Below the pieces are notes generated by a model. The model was not told the DNA's origin. It was given only the letters and a program-made list of their open reading frames with translations, and did not search any database. The translations under genes and the position numbers were made by a program. Below are positions 29,993-39,429 of a stretch of 64,000 nt of DNA, piece by piece. This stretch comes from Spirochaetia bacterium (GTDB lineage: Bacteria; Spirochaetota; Spirochaetia; SZUA-6; Bin103): contig CBDBDQ010000005.1 in assembly GCA_965203905.1 (NCBI GenBank), forward strand, positions 6,944,001-7,008,000. Reading direction: 5' to 3'. How positions within the stretch are numbered: position 1 is the first letter of the stretch; every line of letters starts with the position of its first letter.

Positions 29993-31960
29993 CTACTTTC
30001 TCCAGAAGAACTGCTGGGCCTCGTAGTAGAGCTCCAGGTGATGTTCGGCATCGGCGCCAAACTGCTCCGGAACGTTGCGCAGGTCGTTGTCCACGATGTG
30101 CAGCTTGGGGGCCATCCCGATGGTACCCATGTGGTAGAGCAGTTCCGCGTTGTAATCGTAGATCTCCTCCATCAGCTTGGTGTACTCGGGCGAACCCAAT
30201 GGCACCGACGTGGCCCTCTCTACGCGATAGAACTGTTCCTTTACATGCTCGGGAGGTTCTTCTCCGGGAAACTTGCCACCCTCGAAATCGGCGAGCGTCT
30301 TGGTTCCCAGGTAGTTCACGTCTCGGTCTGCCTCCAACCAGGTCTCCCACGCGGGAGCCTCTTTCAGTCCGTGTACGCGCGGCCGGAAGGGCTCTACGAG
30401 GAAGGAAATCTCGCCGACGGTGCCGTAACCCTGCACCATGATCATGTGGTCGACGTTGCGGGTTCGTTCGTTATAGATCGCCCAGGCCAATTCTCCCCTG
30501 ATCAAAATCTTGAGGCCCACATCTTCCCAGTATTCCTTCATCAGCTCGAACATGGTGGGGTCGGTGAATGCCTCGGCGTACTCGACCAGCAGCACCAACG
30601 CCTTGCCATCGGGTCCCAGGCGGAAACCGTCGCCGTCGCGGGCCGTCATGCCTATCTCATCGAGCAGCGCACTGGCTTTGTCCGGGTCGTACTTGATGGA
30701 CGGATGTTCCTCACCCCATTCCGGTTTGTAGAAACTGGAGCTGGGCAGGGTCGTGGCCTGGCGCGGTGTGCCAAGCCCGAAGTAGACGGCTTCGTTCATC
30801 TCCTCGCGATTGAGGGCCATGGACAGCGCCTGCCGGAACCGCACGTCGTTGAAGTACTTCCGCAATTCCGGGTCGGGATGATTCTGATTGATGCTGAAAC
30901 CGGCCTCCGAGGCGTTGACCCCGGGCACCGCGATTACCCGGTATCCCCCCTGCTGCTCGTTCTCCTTGTATAGCGAGTAGTTCTCCATGGTCGTGTTGGC
31001 CACGGCAATATCCGCTTCTCCGGACATGATCTTCGCCTGGTAGACTTCCTTGTTCACCGCGGTAACTACGACGTTGTCAATATAGGGGAGCTGATTGCCT
31101 GCCGGATCCACCTGGTAGAAGTAAGGATTGCGCTCGAAGAACTTGACGGTCGCGGTCTGCGTCTCGAACGTCCAGGGCATCGTGGTGGGCTGGTCGATGT
31201 CGGTTGTCGGGTAAAAGATCTGGTGACTGTTGAACGCCTGCGCCCAGCTATCGAAGCCCTCTTCCTTGGCCAGGCTGGCGGCGTCGGGATTGTACTTAAT
31301 GTGCCACTTCTGCAGATAGTGCTTGGGTGCGTACGACGCAATCTCGCCCCCCGGCCAGGTCACCATGACCACCGGCAGCACCGGATACGGGGTATCCATC
31401 TCGAACCGCACGGTGTAGTCGTCCAGCTTCCGGATCCGGTTTACTCTCCCGTACAGGTTCCAGGTGTTGACCTCGTCATTCCAGTGCATGTCCTCGAACA
31501 TAAATACGATATCGTCCGCGGTAAAGGGATGGCCGTCGGACCACTTGGCTCCCGGTCTGAGCAGCAGCGTCATGCTCTTGCCGTCTTCCGCGAGCTCGAA
31601 TCCCCTGGCGAGATCGGGTACTATCTCGTTGTCCGCGGTCAGGTCCAGCAGAAACGAGCTGCCACCGATCACCTCTCCCATGTCATTCCAGGAGTCCATG
31701 TTGATGGCGAACGCGTTGATGGTCCCGCCGTATTGGCCGATCTCTTCGACGACCTCTTTCACCTTGGGCTCATCAGGTAGTCTTTCGGTAACCGGCGGCA
31801 ACTCACCTGCTGCGACCAGCTCCGCGAGCATCGGCGCTTCGCGGTACTGTCCGGAACTCGTGGCAACGGCACCGGTAGTCTCTTCCTCGCTGCCAGCGGC
31901 AACCGCGGACAGCGCGGCGACCAGCCAGAATACCAGGCTCCATAGTAACGGCTTCTTCAC
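29993..31960 (-). CDS. ABC substrate-binding protein, family 5 (Opp/Dpp-like, oligosaccharide-binding subtype)
   Basis: EAPMLA.LV.AGELPPV.ERLP, KWSDGHPFTADD, RNPYFY.VD..GNQLPYID and FRQALS.A.NR. Confidence 0.9.
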   Translation of the reverse strand: MKKPLLWSLVFWLVAALSAVAAGSEEETTGAVATSSGQYREAPMLAELVAAGELPPVTERLPDEPKVKEVVEEIGQYGGTINAFAINMDSWNDMGEVIGGSSFLLDLTADNEIVPDLARGFELAEDGKSMTLLLRPGAKWSDGHPFTADDIVFMFEDMHWNDEVNTWNLYGRVNRIRKLDDYTVRFEMDTPYPVLPVVMVTWPGGEIASYAPKHYLQKWHIKYNPDAASLAKEEGFDSWAQAFNSHQIFYPTTDIDQPTTMPWTFETQTATVKFFERNPYFYQVDPAGNQLPYIDNVVVTAVNKEVYQAKIMSGEADIAVANTTMENYSLYKENEQQGGYRVIAVPGVNASEAGFSINQNHPDPELRKYFNDVRFRQALSMALNREEMNEAVYFGLGTPRQATTLPSSSFYKPEWGEEHPSIKYDPDKASALLDEIGMTARDGDGFRLGPDGKALVLLVEYAEAFTDPTMFELMKEYWEDVGLKILIRGELAWAIYNERTRNVDHMIMVQGYGTVGEISFLVEPFRPRVHGLKEAPAWETWLEADRDVNYLGTKTLADFEGGKFPGEEPPEHVKEQFYRVERATSVPLGSPEYTKLMEEIYDYNAELLYHMGTIGMAPKLHIVDNDLRNVPEQFGADAEHHLELYYEAQQFFWRK

Positions 31961-32110
31961 GTCACTCCCTCCTGCTGCCCGTGGGCAGCCCTTGAACGGG
32001 GGGCCTCCCAAGCGACCTGCGGGGTGATTCGTGCGGCAGGCGCCAAGTGGCCTCCGTTGCGATCGGAACGCGCTTTTCTGCACGCTTCCTACATTGGTTT
32101 CCCAGCGGCC

Positions 32111-32239
32111 AGAGTACCACGTCGTGGCAGGTCGTCAAGCAAGGTCACCGGCTGCCGCCGGGCTGCCCGCGAGCCGCTGAACTGAGCCCGGACAGCCAGG
32201 ACCACGATGTTTGACCGCCGGTAACGTGCCGTCCATACT
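32111..32239. promoter_or_regulatory. Divergent sigma70-type promoters
   Basis: Plus strand: TTGACC(32211-16), 17 nt, CATACT(32234-39). Minus strand: TTGACG(32138-33), 16 nt, TACTCT(32116-11) with a TG extension. Confidence 0.6.
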
Positions 32240-32251
32240 GAGCTTCTGCGT

Positions 32252-33571
32252 ATGGTTCGCTCGATCGTTTCCCGGAACGACGACTTGTACGAGTGCTTTC
32301 CCGACCTGGCGCTGTGCGACGACGGGACGCTGGTGTGCGTGTACCGGGAGTGCATGTTCCATGCGCCGTTTCCCTTCTCGCGCCTGGTCTGCCGCCGCAG
32401 CCTCGACGGCGGCCAGAGCTGGCTGCGGCGGCGGATCATCGACGAGTGCGTGGTCGCTCCCGAGCTGTTCGCGGAGGCGCGTTCGTGGCTCAGCGAGGAG
32501 GCGGTCGCTGGCTACGAGGAGACGCGGGCGCGGATCGGCGACACGCGGCGCGTCGGGGCCTCGCTGAACTGCCCGCGCCTGCTGCGCCTGCACGACGGAC
32601 AGCTCCTGCTGGTGGTGGACTACCGCATCGGTGTGCCGCAGGGTGAGCATCGCTGGGTAAACCTGTTCTACCGCAGCTTCGACTCGGGCGTAACGTGGCA
32701 AGGACCTGAAGACCCCGGCGTGCACGACGCCCTGGTGCCGTCCCTCGCCGAACTGCGCGACGGCGGCCTGATACTCGGCCTGGCGCGCGAAACCGGCAGC
32801 GTTGACGGCCTGCGTAGCGAGACCCAGCTCGTCTACTTCTCCGAAGATCAGGGAGCGAGTTGGTCCGAGCCGGCGGCGATCCCCGGGCTGCCGGCGGCCG
32901 AGCAGCGCATCATGCCCGGCTACCGGCGCTGGCTCGGCTTCGGCGAGGGCTGCTTCGTGGAGCTGGATGAAGGCACCATCCTCGGCATTCTGCGTGCCGA
33001 CAGCTTGGGCCAAGCGTACAAGGTGCTGTCGCGGGACCGGGGCCGGAGCTGGTCGGGGCCGTTCGCGACCCAGATGATCGGCCTGGAGGGACGTCCCAAG
33101 GCTGCCCTGCTGTCCTCCGGCGAGGTGTGCTGCAGCTACCGCATCGGCCTGCCCAACGAGATGCTGGCGTTGCACCTGATGACCCAGCAGGCGGCGCTGG
33201 TGGAGGACGTGCAACCGACCGTGCCGCGCCTGCCGCTGCCGGAGGATCGGCCCGGAGTCCACGATCCGTCGCAACCGTGGTACATGCGCGAGCACTACCC
33301 CGGCCGCACCATCATCCTCGACCAGGACCGCAGCGTGCACAGAGACTGCGGCTACTCGGGTTGGGTGGAATTGCCCAACGGTGACCTGTACGTGGTCGAC
33401 TACTGCCACGACGATGCGCCGCGGGCACACATCCGCAGCTACCGGGTGACCCGGGAGGACATCGTTCTGTTTCCGCCCGGCGAGATGCCCTCGCTGCACC
33501 CCTCCGGCCAGCCGTTTCTGCGCATGACCGAGGGCATGGCGGCGCGCCAGTTCCAGCGCAACCGGGCCTGA
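32252..33571 (+). CDS. Sialidase-like BNR/Asp-box protein; paralog of 47750-48778
   Basis: SLDGGQSW, SFDSGVTW, SEDQGASW and SRDRGRSW Asp boxes; DCGYSGWV motif. Confidence 0.8.
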   Translation: MVRSIVSRNDDLYECFPDLALCDDGTLVCVYRECMFHAPFPFSRLVCRRSLDGGQSWLRRRIIDECVVAPELFAEARSWLSEEAVAGYEETRARIGDTRRVGASLNCPRLLRLHDGQLLLVVDYRIGVPQGEHRWVNLFYRSFDSGVTWQGPEDPGVHDALVPSLAELRDGGLILGLARETGSVDGLRSETQLVYFSEDQGASWSEPAAIPGLPAAEQRIMPGYRRWLGFGEGCFVELDEGTILGILRADSLGQAYKVLSRDRGRSWSGPFATQMIGLEGRPKAALLSSGEVCCSYRIGLPNEMLALHLMTQQAALVEDVQPTVPRLPLPEDRPGVHDPSQPWYMREHYPGRTIILDQDRSVHRDCGYSGWVELPNGDLYVVDYCHDDAPRAHIRSYRVTREDIVLFPPGEMPSLHPSGQPFLRMTEGMAARQFQRNRA

Positions 33572-33624
33572 CGACGACCGCCCCGCTCCGCCAGCAACGC
33601 AGCCAGCCGGGATGCACTGCCGCT

Positions 33625-33650
33625 CGAATGCAGCCGGTGTTTCGCCACGG
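33625..33650. repeat. REP-like dispersed repeat, copy 1
   Basis: CGAATGCAGCCGGTGTTTCGCCACGG matches 52065-52090 at 25 of 26 positions. Confidence 0.75.
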
Positions 33651-33674
33651 CTGCTAGGCGGGCAATTCGCAAGG

Positions 33675-33703
33675 TTGACGGGAGGTGATGCGGAACCCAT
33701 ACT
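33675..33703 (+). promoter_or_regulatory. sigma70-type promoter
   Basis: TTGACG, 17 nt, CATACT upstream of the mini-ORF/permease operon. Confidence 0.6.
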
Positions 33704-33723
33704 GAGCGACTAACCATGGAAGT

Positions 33724-33948
33724 ATGGCGATGAGACGAACCATGTTCACGGTCCTGTTGGCCGTTGCTCTCGCAGGTGCTCTGTTCGCCCCTGCGGTTTG
33801 GTCGCTCGGAGCCCGACCTGGCCGACGTAGGTTCTGCTCCCCCGCTCGGCAGGTCACTCCACCGATTCTCCGGAGACGTATCCTGAGTGAGGTGTCAAAG
33901 ACGCTGACCGAGGTGCCCGCTGGGTACCGGCTCGAGCCGCTGCCATGA
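33724..33948 (+). pseudogene. Signal-peptide-bearing mini-ORF, possibly an internally deleted solute-binding protein gene
   Basis: MRRTMFTVLLAVALAGALFAPAVWSLG resembles the SBP signal peptides in this window; its stop overlaps the permease ATG (ATGA). Confidence 0.45.
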
Positions 33949-34952
33949 GTGGCATTGAACAGAACGGGATCATTCGAGACGTAACCAGAGCGAGTTCGTC
34001 GGCGGCGGCGGCCGCCCGGCCACCGCTCCAGGTTACGCGCATTCTTCGCCGGCAGAACTGGATCAGGGCAAAGAAGATGCGGTTTCTCTACGTGCTGCTG
34101 GCGCTGCCCGTGGTCCTGCTGTTTGTCTTCAACTACCTGCCCATGTACGGCGTGTTGATCGCGTTTGTCGATTACCGCTGGGGCAGGGGGGTGTTTGGCT
34201 CTCCCTGGAACAACTTCGAGCATTTCCGGCTGATCTACGAACACCCCTACTTTGGCCGTCTCATGTTCAACACGATATACATCTCTCTGTTGAGAATCAT
34301 CGTCGGATTCCCAGCGCCGATACTGTTGGCGCTGCTGCTCAACGAGATCGGCAACCAGGTCTTCAAGCGCACCGTCCAGACCATCTCCTATTTCCCCCAC
34401 TTCATCTCCTGGGTGATTCTTGCCGGCATTCTCATCGAGATCCTGTCGCCGACGCGAGGCCCGGTCGGGTACCTCTTCAACCTCTTCGGAAGGGAGCCGA
34501 TCGACTGGTTGACGTATGAACCGACCTTTCGTGGCATGCTGGTCGTCACCGGCATCTGGAAGGAGATGGGCTGGGGCGCGATCATCTTTCTGGGCGCACT
34601 CTCTTCCATCGATCCGGACCTCTACGAGAGCGCCGCAATGGATGGCGCGAATCGATTGCGCAGGGCCGTGCACATCACCTTGCCCTCACTGATTCCCGTT
34701 ATGACGATCCTCTTCATCCTCAGGATGGGTGATATCCTGAGCGCAGGATTCGAACAGATATTCAACCTGTACAATCCGCTGGTCTACTCGGTAGCGGACG
34801 TACTGGACACCTACATCTACCGCGTCGGGCTGCTGCAGGCGGATTACGGACTGGGGGCAGCCGTCGGCCTGTTCAAGAACATTGTGGCGTTGGTCCTGAT
34901 ATTCGGGACCAACGCGATAGTGCGCCGTTTCAGCGAATACGGAGTATGGTAG
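33945..34952 (+). CDS. Carbohydrate ABC transporter permease (LplB-like)
   Basis: YFPHFISWV and LYESAAMDGA. Confidence 0.92.
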   Translation: MSGIEQNGIIRDVTRASSSAAAAARPPLQVTRILRRQNWIRAKKMRFLYVLLALPVVLLFVFNYLPMYGVLIAFVDYRWGRGVFGSPWNNFEHFRLIYEHPYFGRLMFNTIYISLLRIIVGFPAPILLALLLNEIGNQVFKRTVQTISYFPHFISWVILAGILIEILSPTRGPVGYLFNLFGREPIDWLTYEPTFRGMLVVTGIWKEMGWGAIIFLGALSSIDPDLYESAAMDGANRLRRAVHITLPSLIPVMTILFILRMGDILSAGFEQIFNLYNPLVYSVADVLDTYIYRVGLLQADYGLGAAVGLFKNIVALVLIFGTNAIVRRFSEYGVW

Positions 34953-34965
34953 AGGAACCGGGCAG

Positions 34966-35859
34966 ATGAACGAAGGTATCCTCAAGAGCCGTTCGTTCGG
35001 CAGTGTGGCTTTCGATATCTGCAACTACCTGTTGCTCGCGGTCGTCACCCTTACCGTCGCCTATCCGTTCTGGAACCTGATACTCATCTCGTTCGCGGAG
35101 CCTGCCGAGATGATGTTTCTCGGATTCCATATCTGGCTCGATACCTGGAGCACCACGGCCTGGCAGTACGTCCTCGAGGGCAGGCAGGTGGGGGTCGGCT
35201 ATTTCAACAGCGTCTTCAGGACGGTCATAGGCACTCCGTTCACGCTCGTGGTTACGCTGTTTGCCGCGTACCCGCTTGCCAAGCGCTCGCTGCCGTACCG
35301 GAAGTGGATTACCATCTATTTCGTCGTTCCCATGCTGTTCTCGGGCGGCATCATACCCACCTACCTGGTAGTGAGGGGGGTGGGCCTGATCGACTCCCGC
35401 CTGGCCCTGATCCTGCCGTCGGCGGTGAACGTGTTCCACGTCATCATCATGCGCAACTACCTCATGACGATTGATGACGCTTTGGAGGAATCGGCGCTGG
35501 TGGATGGCGCGGGTTATGGCACGATCCTGTTTCGGATCATTGCACCGTTGGCCAGGCCGGTGGTGGCGGTAGTCGTGCTGTGGACCGCGGTGTGGCACTG
35601 GAACTCCTGGTTCGATGCCATGATCTACATCTATGACAACAACAAGATGGTGCTGCAGATCCTGGTGCGGAGACTCATCGAGCAGATCACGGCGACCGAG
35701 GAGATGCAGGAGTACGAGGAGGACTTGGGAGTCGTGCTCCCTCCCGAGTCGGTCAAGGCGGCGACGGTGCTCGTCACGGTGGGCCCGATCATTTTCCTGT
35801 ATCCGGTGATCCAGCGCCACTTCATCAAGGGCATCATGCTGGGGTCGCTGAAGGGATGA
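34966..35859 (+). CDS. Carbohydrate ABC transporter permease
   Basis: FSGGIIPTYL, ESALVDGA, HWNSWF and QRHFIKG..GSLKG. Confidence 0.92.
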   Translation: MNEGILKSRSFGSVAFDICNYLLLAVVTLTVAYPFWNLILISFAEPAEMMFLGFHIWLDTWSTTAWQYVLEGRQVGVGYFNSVFRTVIGTPFTLVVTLFAAYPLAKRSLPYRKWITIYFVVPMLFSGGIIPTYLVVRGVGLIDSRLALILPSAVNVFHVIIMRNYLMTIDDALEESALVDGAGYGTILFRIIAPLARPVVAVVVLWTAVWHWNSWFDAMIYIYDNNKMVLQILVRRLIEQITATEEMQEYEEDLGVVLPPESVKAATVLVTVGPIIFLYPVIQRHFIKGIMLGSLKG

Positions 35860-36025
35860 GCCGAGCCCTGACGGTGAGGACCGGGCCGGAGCGCGTGGGC
35901 ACAGGGAGAGTAATGCCGTCCACGAGCCGCGCGCGCGTCGGCGCGATCGAGGCGGCAGGCTCATTCCCGGAAAGGATTGTCGAGATGGCGCGCGACCGCG
36001 ACGCCCAAACGGAGGGAGGACCAGG

Positions 36026-37609
36026 ATGAGTCACGCCGACCCGGCTCGCGGGACCGGTACGATCGACGTTGGCAGCAGCAGGCAGCTGTTCATCGACGAC
36101 CGCTTCATCGCCGAAGCGCGCGACGTGGCGCTGACGATGAATCCCCCAACCCAGCACGACGAGCCCCTGCTGGCTGGCGACCGCCCGTGGGAGCCACTGG
36201 GAGTTCGCAATTACACCACCGTGATGCTCGATCGAGGTGGCTCCTGGACCGGCGCCCCGTTCCGGATGTGGTACGCGGCCGTGCTGCGTGACGGCTTGCC
36301 GGCGGAGGGCAACATCCGCGTCGGGTACGCCGAGTCGGAAGACGGCCTTACCTGGCACAAGCCGTCGCTGGGGTTGATCGAATTCGAGGGATCCAAGGAC
36401 AACAACGTCGTCGCGCCGCTCCTGGAGCGCCAGAGCCAGCAGGGTGCAACGGTAGTGCGCGACGACGGTGCCCCGCCCGAGGAGCGCTACAAGCTGTGGA
36501 CCAAGTTTCTGCCCACCAATGACGAGGTTGCACGTGGCGCCCGCCCGGGATTGTATGCGATGCATTCTCCGGACGGCCTGCGCTGGAGGCCATACCCGGA
36601 CCAGCCCAACCCGCCCGATCAGCAGTGCGACACCCAGAATATGCTGTTCTGGGATCGCCGCATCGATCGCTGGGTTGGCTACACCCGAGTGCGCGAAACC
36701 CAGCGGGCGGACGAAGCGGCGGCGGCCGGCCGCCATCGCTACCGCTCCGTCGGCCGCATCACCTCCCCGGATCTGACGACGTGGTCGTCGACTCACATCG
36801 TGCTGGAGGCGGATCGGGCGGATCTCTCGATTCCGACGCCCGTGCCACCGGCGGAGCCGGAGGGTTCCCTGCCCCGCCCGACGCTGGACTACTATACCAG
36901 CAACGCAGCGCCCTACGCGTGGGCGGCGGACGTGTACCTGATGATGCCGACCGTCTACTACCACTGGCGCGGCGACTACCCGGCGACGATGGACGTGCAG
37001 CTCCTGACCAGCCGTGACGGCATCTCATGGCGTCGCGCCGGCGCGCGCAAGCCGTTCCTGCGGCGCGGCCTGGATGGCAGCGCCACCAGTGGGTGGATCT
37101 GCGCCAACCCGTGGCTGATCCCGATGGGGGACGAGTTGTGGCTGTACTACACCGGCACCAGCAGGCGCCACGGCGTTGCCAACACGAAGAATGACAGCAA
37201 CGGCGTGTTCCGCGCGACCCTGCGCCGTGACGGCTTCGTTTCGGCGGACGCCGGGTTTCACGGCGGTGAGCTGATCACGCCGCCACTCCGTTTCGACGGC
37301 GAACGCCTGGAGTTGAACTGCGATTGTGGCGGTGGTGGTTGGCTGCAGGTGGAGATCCAGGACGCCGCCGGCCGCCCCCTCCAGGGCTACGCGGCGACCG
37401 ACTGCGACCCGGTGGTCGCCAACGCGGTCGCTGCGACCGTGACCTGGCGCGGTCACCCAGGCGTCGCTGCACTCGCCGGGCGTCCTGTGCGCCTCCGCTT
37501 CAGCATGCGCGACGCCAAGCTGTACGCGTTTCAGTTCGTCAGCGCTGCGGCTGCGAGCCCCCATGCCGCGCCGCTGGAACCCTGGGCCGGCGGGCGGGCA
37601 TCGCCGTAG
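36026..37609 (+). CDS. Uncharacterised glycosidase-like propeller protein (same family as 18391, 39430, 40821)
   Basis: QLFIDD, FRMWY, YAESEDGLTW.KP.LG, QLLTSRDGISW and LRRDGFVS. Confidence 0.75.
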   Translation: MSHADPARGTGTIDVGSSRQLFIDDRFIAEARDVALTMNPPTQHDEPLLAGDRPWEPLGVRNYTTVMLDRGGSWTGAPFRMWYAAVLRDGLPAEGNIRVGYAESEDGLTWHKPSLGLIEFEGSKDNNVVAPLLERQSQQGATVVRDDGAPPEERYKLWTKFLPTNDEVARGARPGLYAMHSPDGLRWRPYPDQPNPPDQQCDTQNMLFWDRRIDRWVGYTRVRETQRADEAAAAGRHRYRSVGRITSPDLTTWSSTHIVLEADRADLSIPTPVPPAEPEGSLPRPTLDYYTSNAAPYAWAADVYLMMPTVYYHWRGDYPATMDVQLLTSRDGISWRRAGARKPFLRRGLDGSATSGWICANPWLIPMGDELWLYYTGTSRRHGVANTKNDSNGVFRATLRRDGFVSADAGFHGGELITPPLRFDGERLELNCDCGGGGWLQVEIQDAAGRPLQGYAATDCDPVVANAVAATVTWRGHPGVAALAGRPVRLRFSMRDAKLYAFQFVSAAAASPHAAPLEPWAGGRASP

Positions 37610-37632
37610 GCGTTAACCTTAACGTCATGAAA

Positions 37633-37664
37633 GGAACGGGATGCCTCTGGTGGCATCCCGTTCC
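37633..37664 (-). terminator. Rho-independent terminator (possibly bidirectional)
   Basis: GGAACGGGATGCC-tctggt-GGCATCCCGTTCC between convergent genes; short T-run on the minus strand. Confidence 0.75.
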
Positions 37665-37696
37665 CCGTGCGCTGACTCGGATGTTTGCGGCGGGCG

Positions 37697-39358
37697 TTAG
37701 TAGACCCGGTTTCCTTTGCGCAACTCGCTCGTGATCGGAGCCTTCGAGATCTCCTCGATCAGCTCGCTGCCTCCCGCATCGAGCCAATTCTGTACGTAGG
37801 AGTCCCACTCGGCATCGATATCCACGCTGCCGATCATCGCCTTGAACCAGAACTCTATGACCATGGTTTCGAGGGCCGCACCATATTTTGCCCGTACGTC
37901 CAGGTAGTTGGTCTCCTTGAACAGGTCCTCCCGGTGCGGCAGGATGAGGTACTCATCAGGTCCGACGGTATCCCGGTAGTAGGTCGCCACTTCGGCCAGA
38001 TCGGGGTTGTCCAGGAACACATTCCACTCTCTGGGCTGAAAGTATGAACTGTAGAAGCGGAGTGCTGACTCACCTCCCTCCGGTCTCACGCCATCACGCC
38101 GTTCGGCGTAGGAGTTGTACGGCTCGCCGTGCCAGTCGAAGTGCACACCAGGCTCGCCGTAGCGGGTCAGGATATGGCCCTCGACAGTGCAGTTCAGGTA
38201 GTCGTACACCTCCAGGAATCTGGCCAGCTTGGCGTCGGATACATCCTCCCTGACGATGGTATTCCAGGCCCAACTGGAAGCGGTGGATTCTCCTGCCGAG
38301 CCGGTCTTGCCGGTTGGACCAATGAAAGGATCCGTGACCAACAGCTTCTGCTGGGGGAAGTTGGCCTGCGTGACCGTCTGCCATCTACCCGGAAGATCGG
38401 CCTTGAACATCTTCGGCCAGGCATCGGAGTAGACGCCGAAGTTGGCCATCATCTTGATGTCCGTGCTCTTTTGCCCGGTCAGCGTGGCGAAGTCCCGATT
38501 GACGAACCCCTCCTCGTACCAGGAGCGCATCATCTTGAGGAAGTCCTTCCAGTCCTCGGTGATTACGTTGAACGTGGTCTGTCCATCCAACTCCACGTTG
38601 TCCATGTAGTAGGTAAGCCCGAACATGCCGGTCCAACTGAGGAAGTCGGACGGCTTCTGGCTGAGCAGCAGCGGGATGGTGTCATCTTTTCCGTTGCCGT
38701 CGAGATCCTGATCCCGAAAAGCGGTGAGTATCTTCACCACATCGTCGTACTCGTACTGGTATGGGGCCCAGAACCAGCGACCGGGATCTTCCGGCTCCAC
38801 GTCCTTCGCATTGGGCGGTTCCATGCCGATTTTTTCGAGCCAGTCATAGCGCAGCGTTGGCACGTTGCCGAGGCCACCCTTGTACTTCTTGAGCGAAGCG
38901 AGAGCAAAGAACTCCTCTTTGCCCGGCACCTGGCGAGTGATCCAGCCAATCGGATCTTCATCGAGAAACCCGGTCAGATTGGGCGCTCGCTCCCGTACCA
39001 TGTCCCACGGTATGGAGCGGGTAATGCCGTCACTGTAGAAATCGAAAGCCAAGGCGTGGATCTTGGCTATGAATCCGAATTCCGGGAGTTCGCCCGAGGC
39101 CGCCATCACGAGCAGCTTTTCCTGCGGTTCGATGTCGGCATGGTTGATGATGAACTGCACATCCGGAAACATCTCTGCCAGCCGCTGCCCGACGTAGTTG
39201 TCCTCATGAACCGGGTCGCCGGCGTCATCTCGACCGGCCCATTCGATCGTGATGACCTCCGCCTCGGCCGCCGCCGCTTCCCCTTCCGGGGCGGCGCTGA
39301 GCTGGACCAGCGGAACGGCCAGCAGGACCAGGACCATCAGGTACTGAAACCTTCTCAT
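37697..39358 (-). CDS. Extracellular solute-binding protein (family 1)
   Basis: GGAGGT RBS, signal peptide, LRYDWLEKIG, DLDGNGKDDTIP and EWDSYV..W..AGG. Confidence 0.9.
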   Translation of the reverse strand: MRRFQYLMVLVLLAVPLVQLSAAPEGEAAAAEAEVITIEWAGRDDAGDPVHEDNYVGQRLAEMFPDVQFIINHADIEPQEKLLVMAASGELPEFGFIAKIHALAFDFYSDGITRSIPWDMVRERAPNLTGFLDEDPIGWITRQVPGKEEFFALASLKKYKGGLGNVPTLRYDWLEKIGMEPPNAKDVEPEDPGRWFWAPYQYEYDDVVKILTAFRDQDLDGNGKDDTIPLLLSQKPSDFLSWTGMFGLTYYMDNVELDGQTTFNVITEDWKDFLKMMRSWYEEGFVNRDFATLTGQKSTDIKMMANFGVYSDAWPKMFKADLPGRWQTVTQANFPQQKLLVTDPFIGPTGKTGSAGESTASSWAWNTIVREDVSDAKLARFLEVYDYLNCTVEGHILTRYGEPGVHFDWHGEPYNSYAERRDGVRPEGGESALRFYSSYFQPREWNVFLDNPDLAEVATYYRDTVGPDEYLILPHREDLFKETNYLDVRAKYGAALETMVIEFWFKAMIGSVDIDAEWDSYVQNWLDAGGSELIEEISKAPITSELRKGNRVY

Positions 39359-39429
39359 AGCATCACCTCCACATAGTGTCTGATGCAATCAACCTCCGTA
39401 CACCCTAACCCGTTGCCTTGTCAAGCGCG

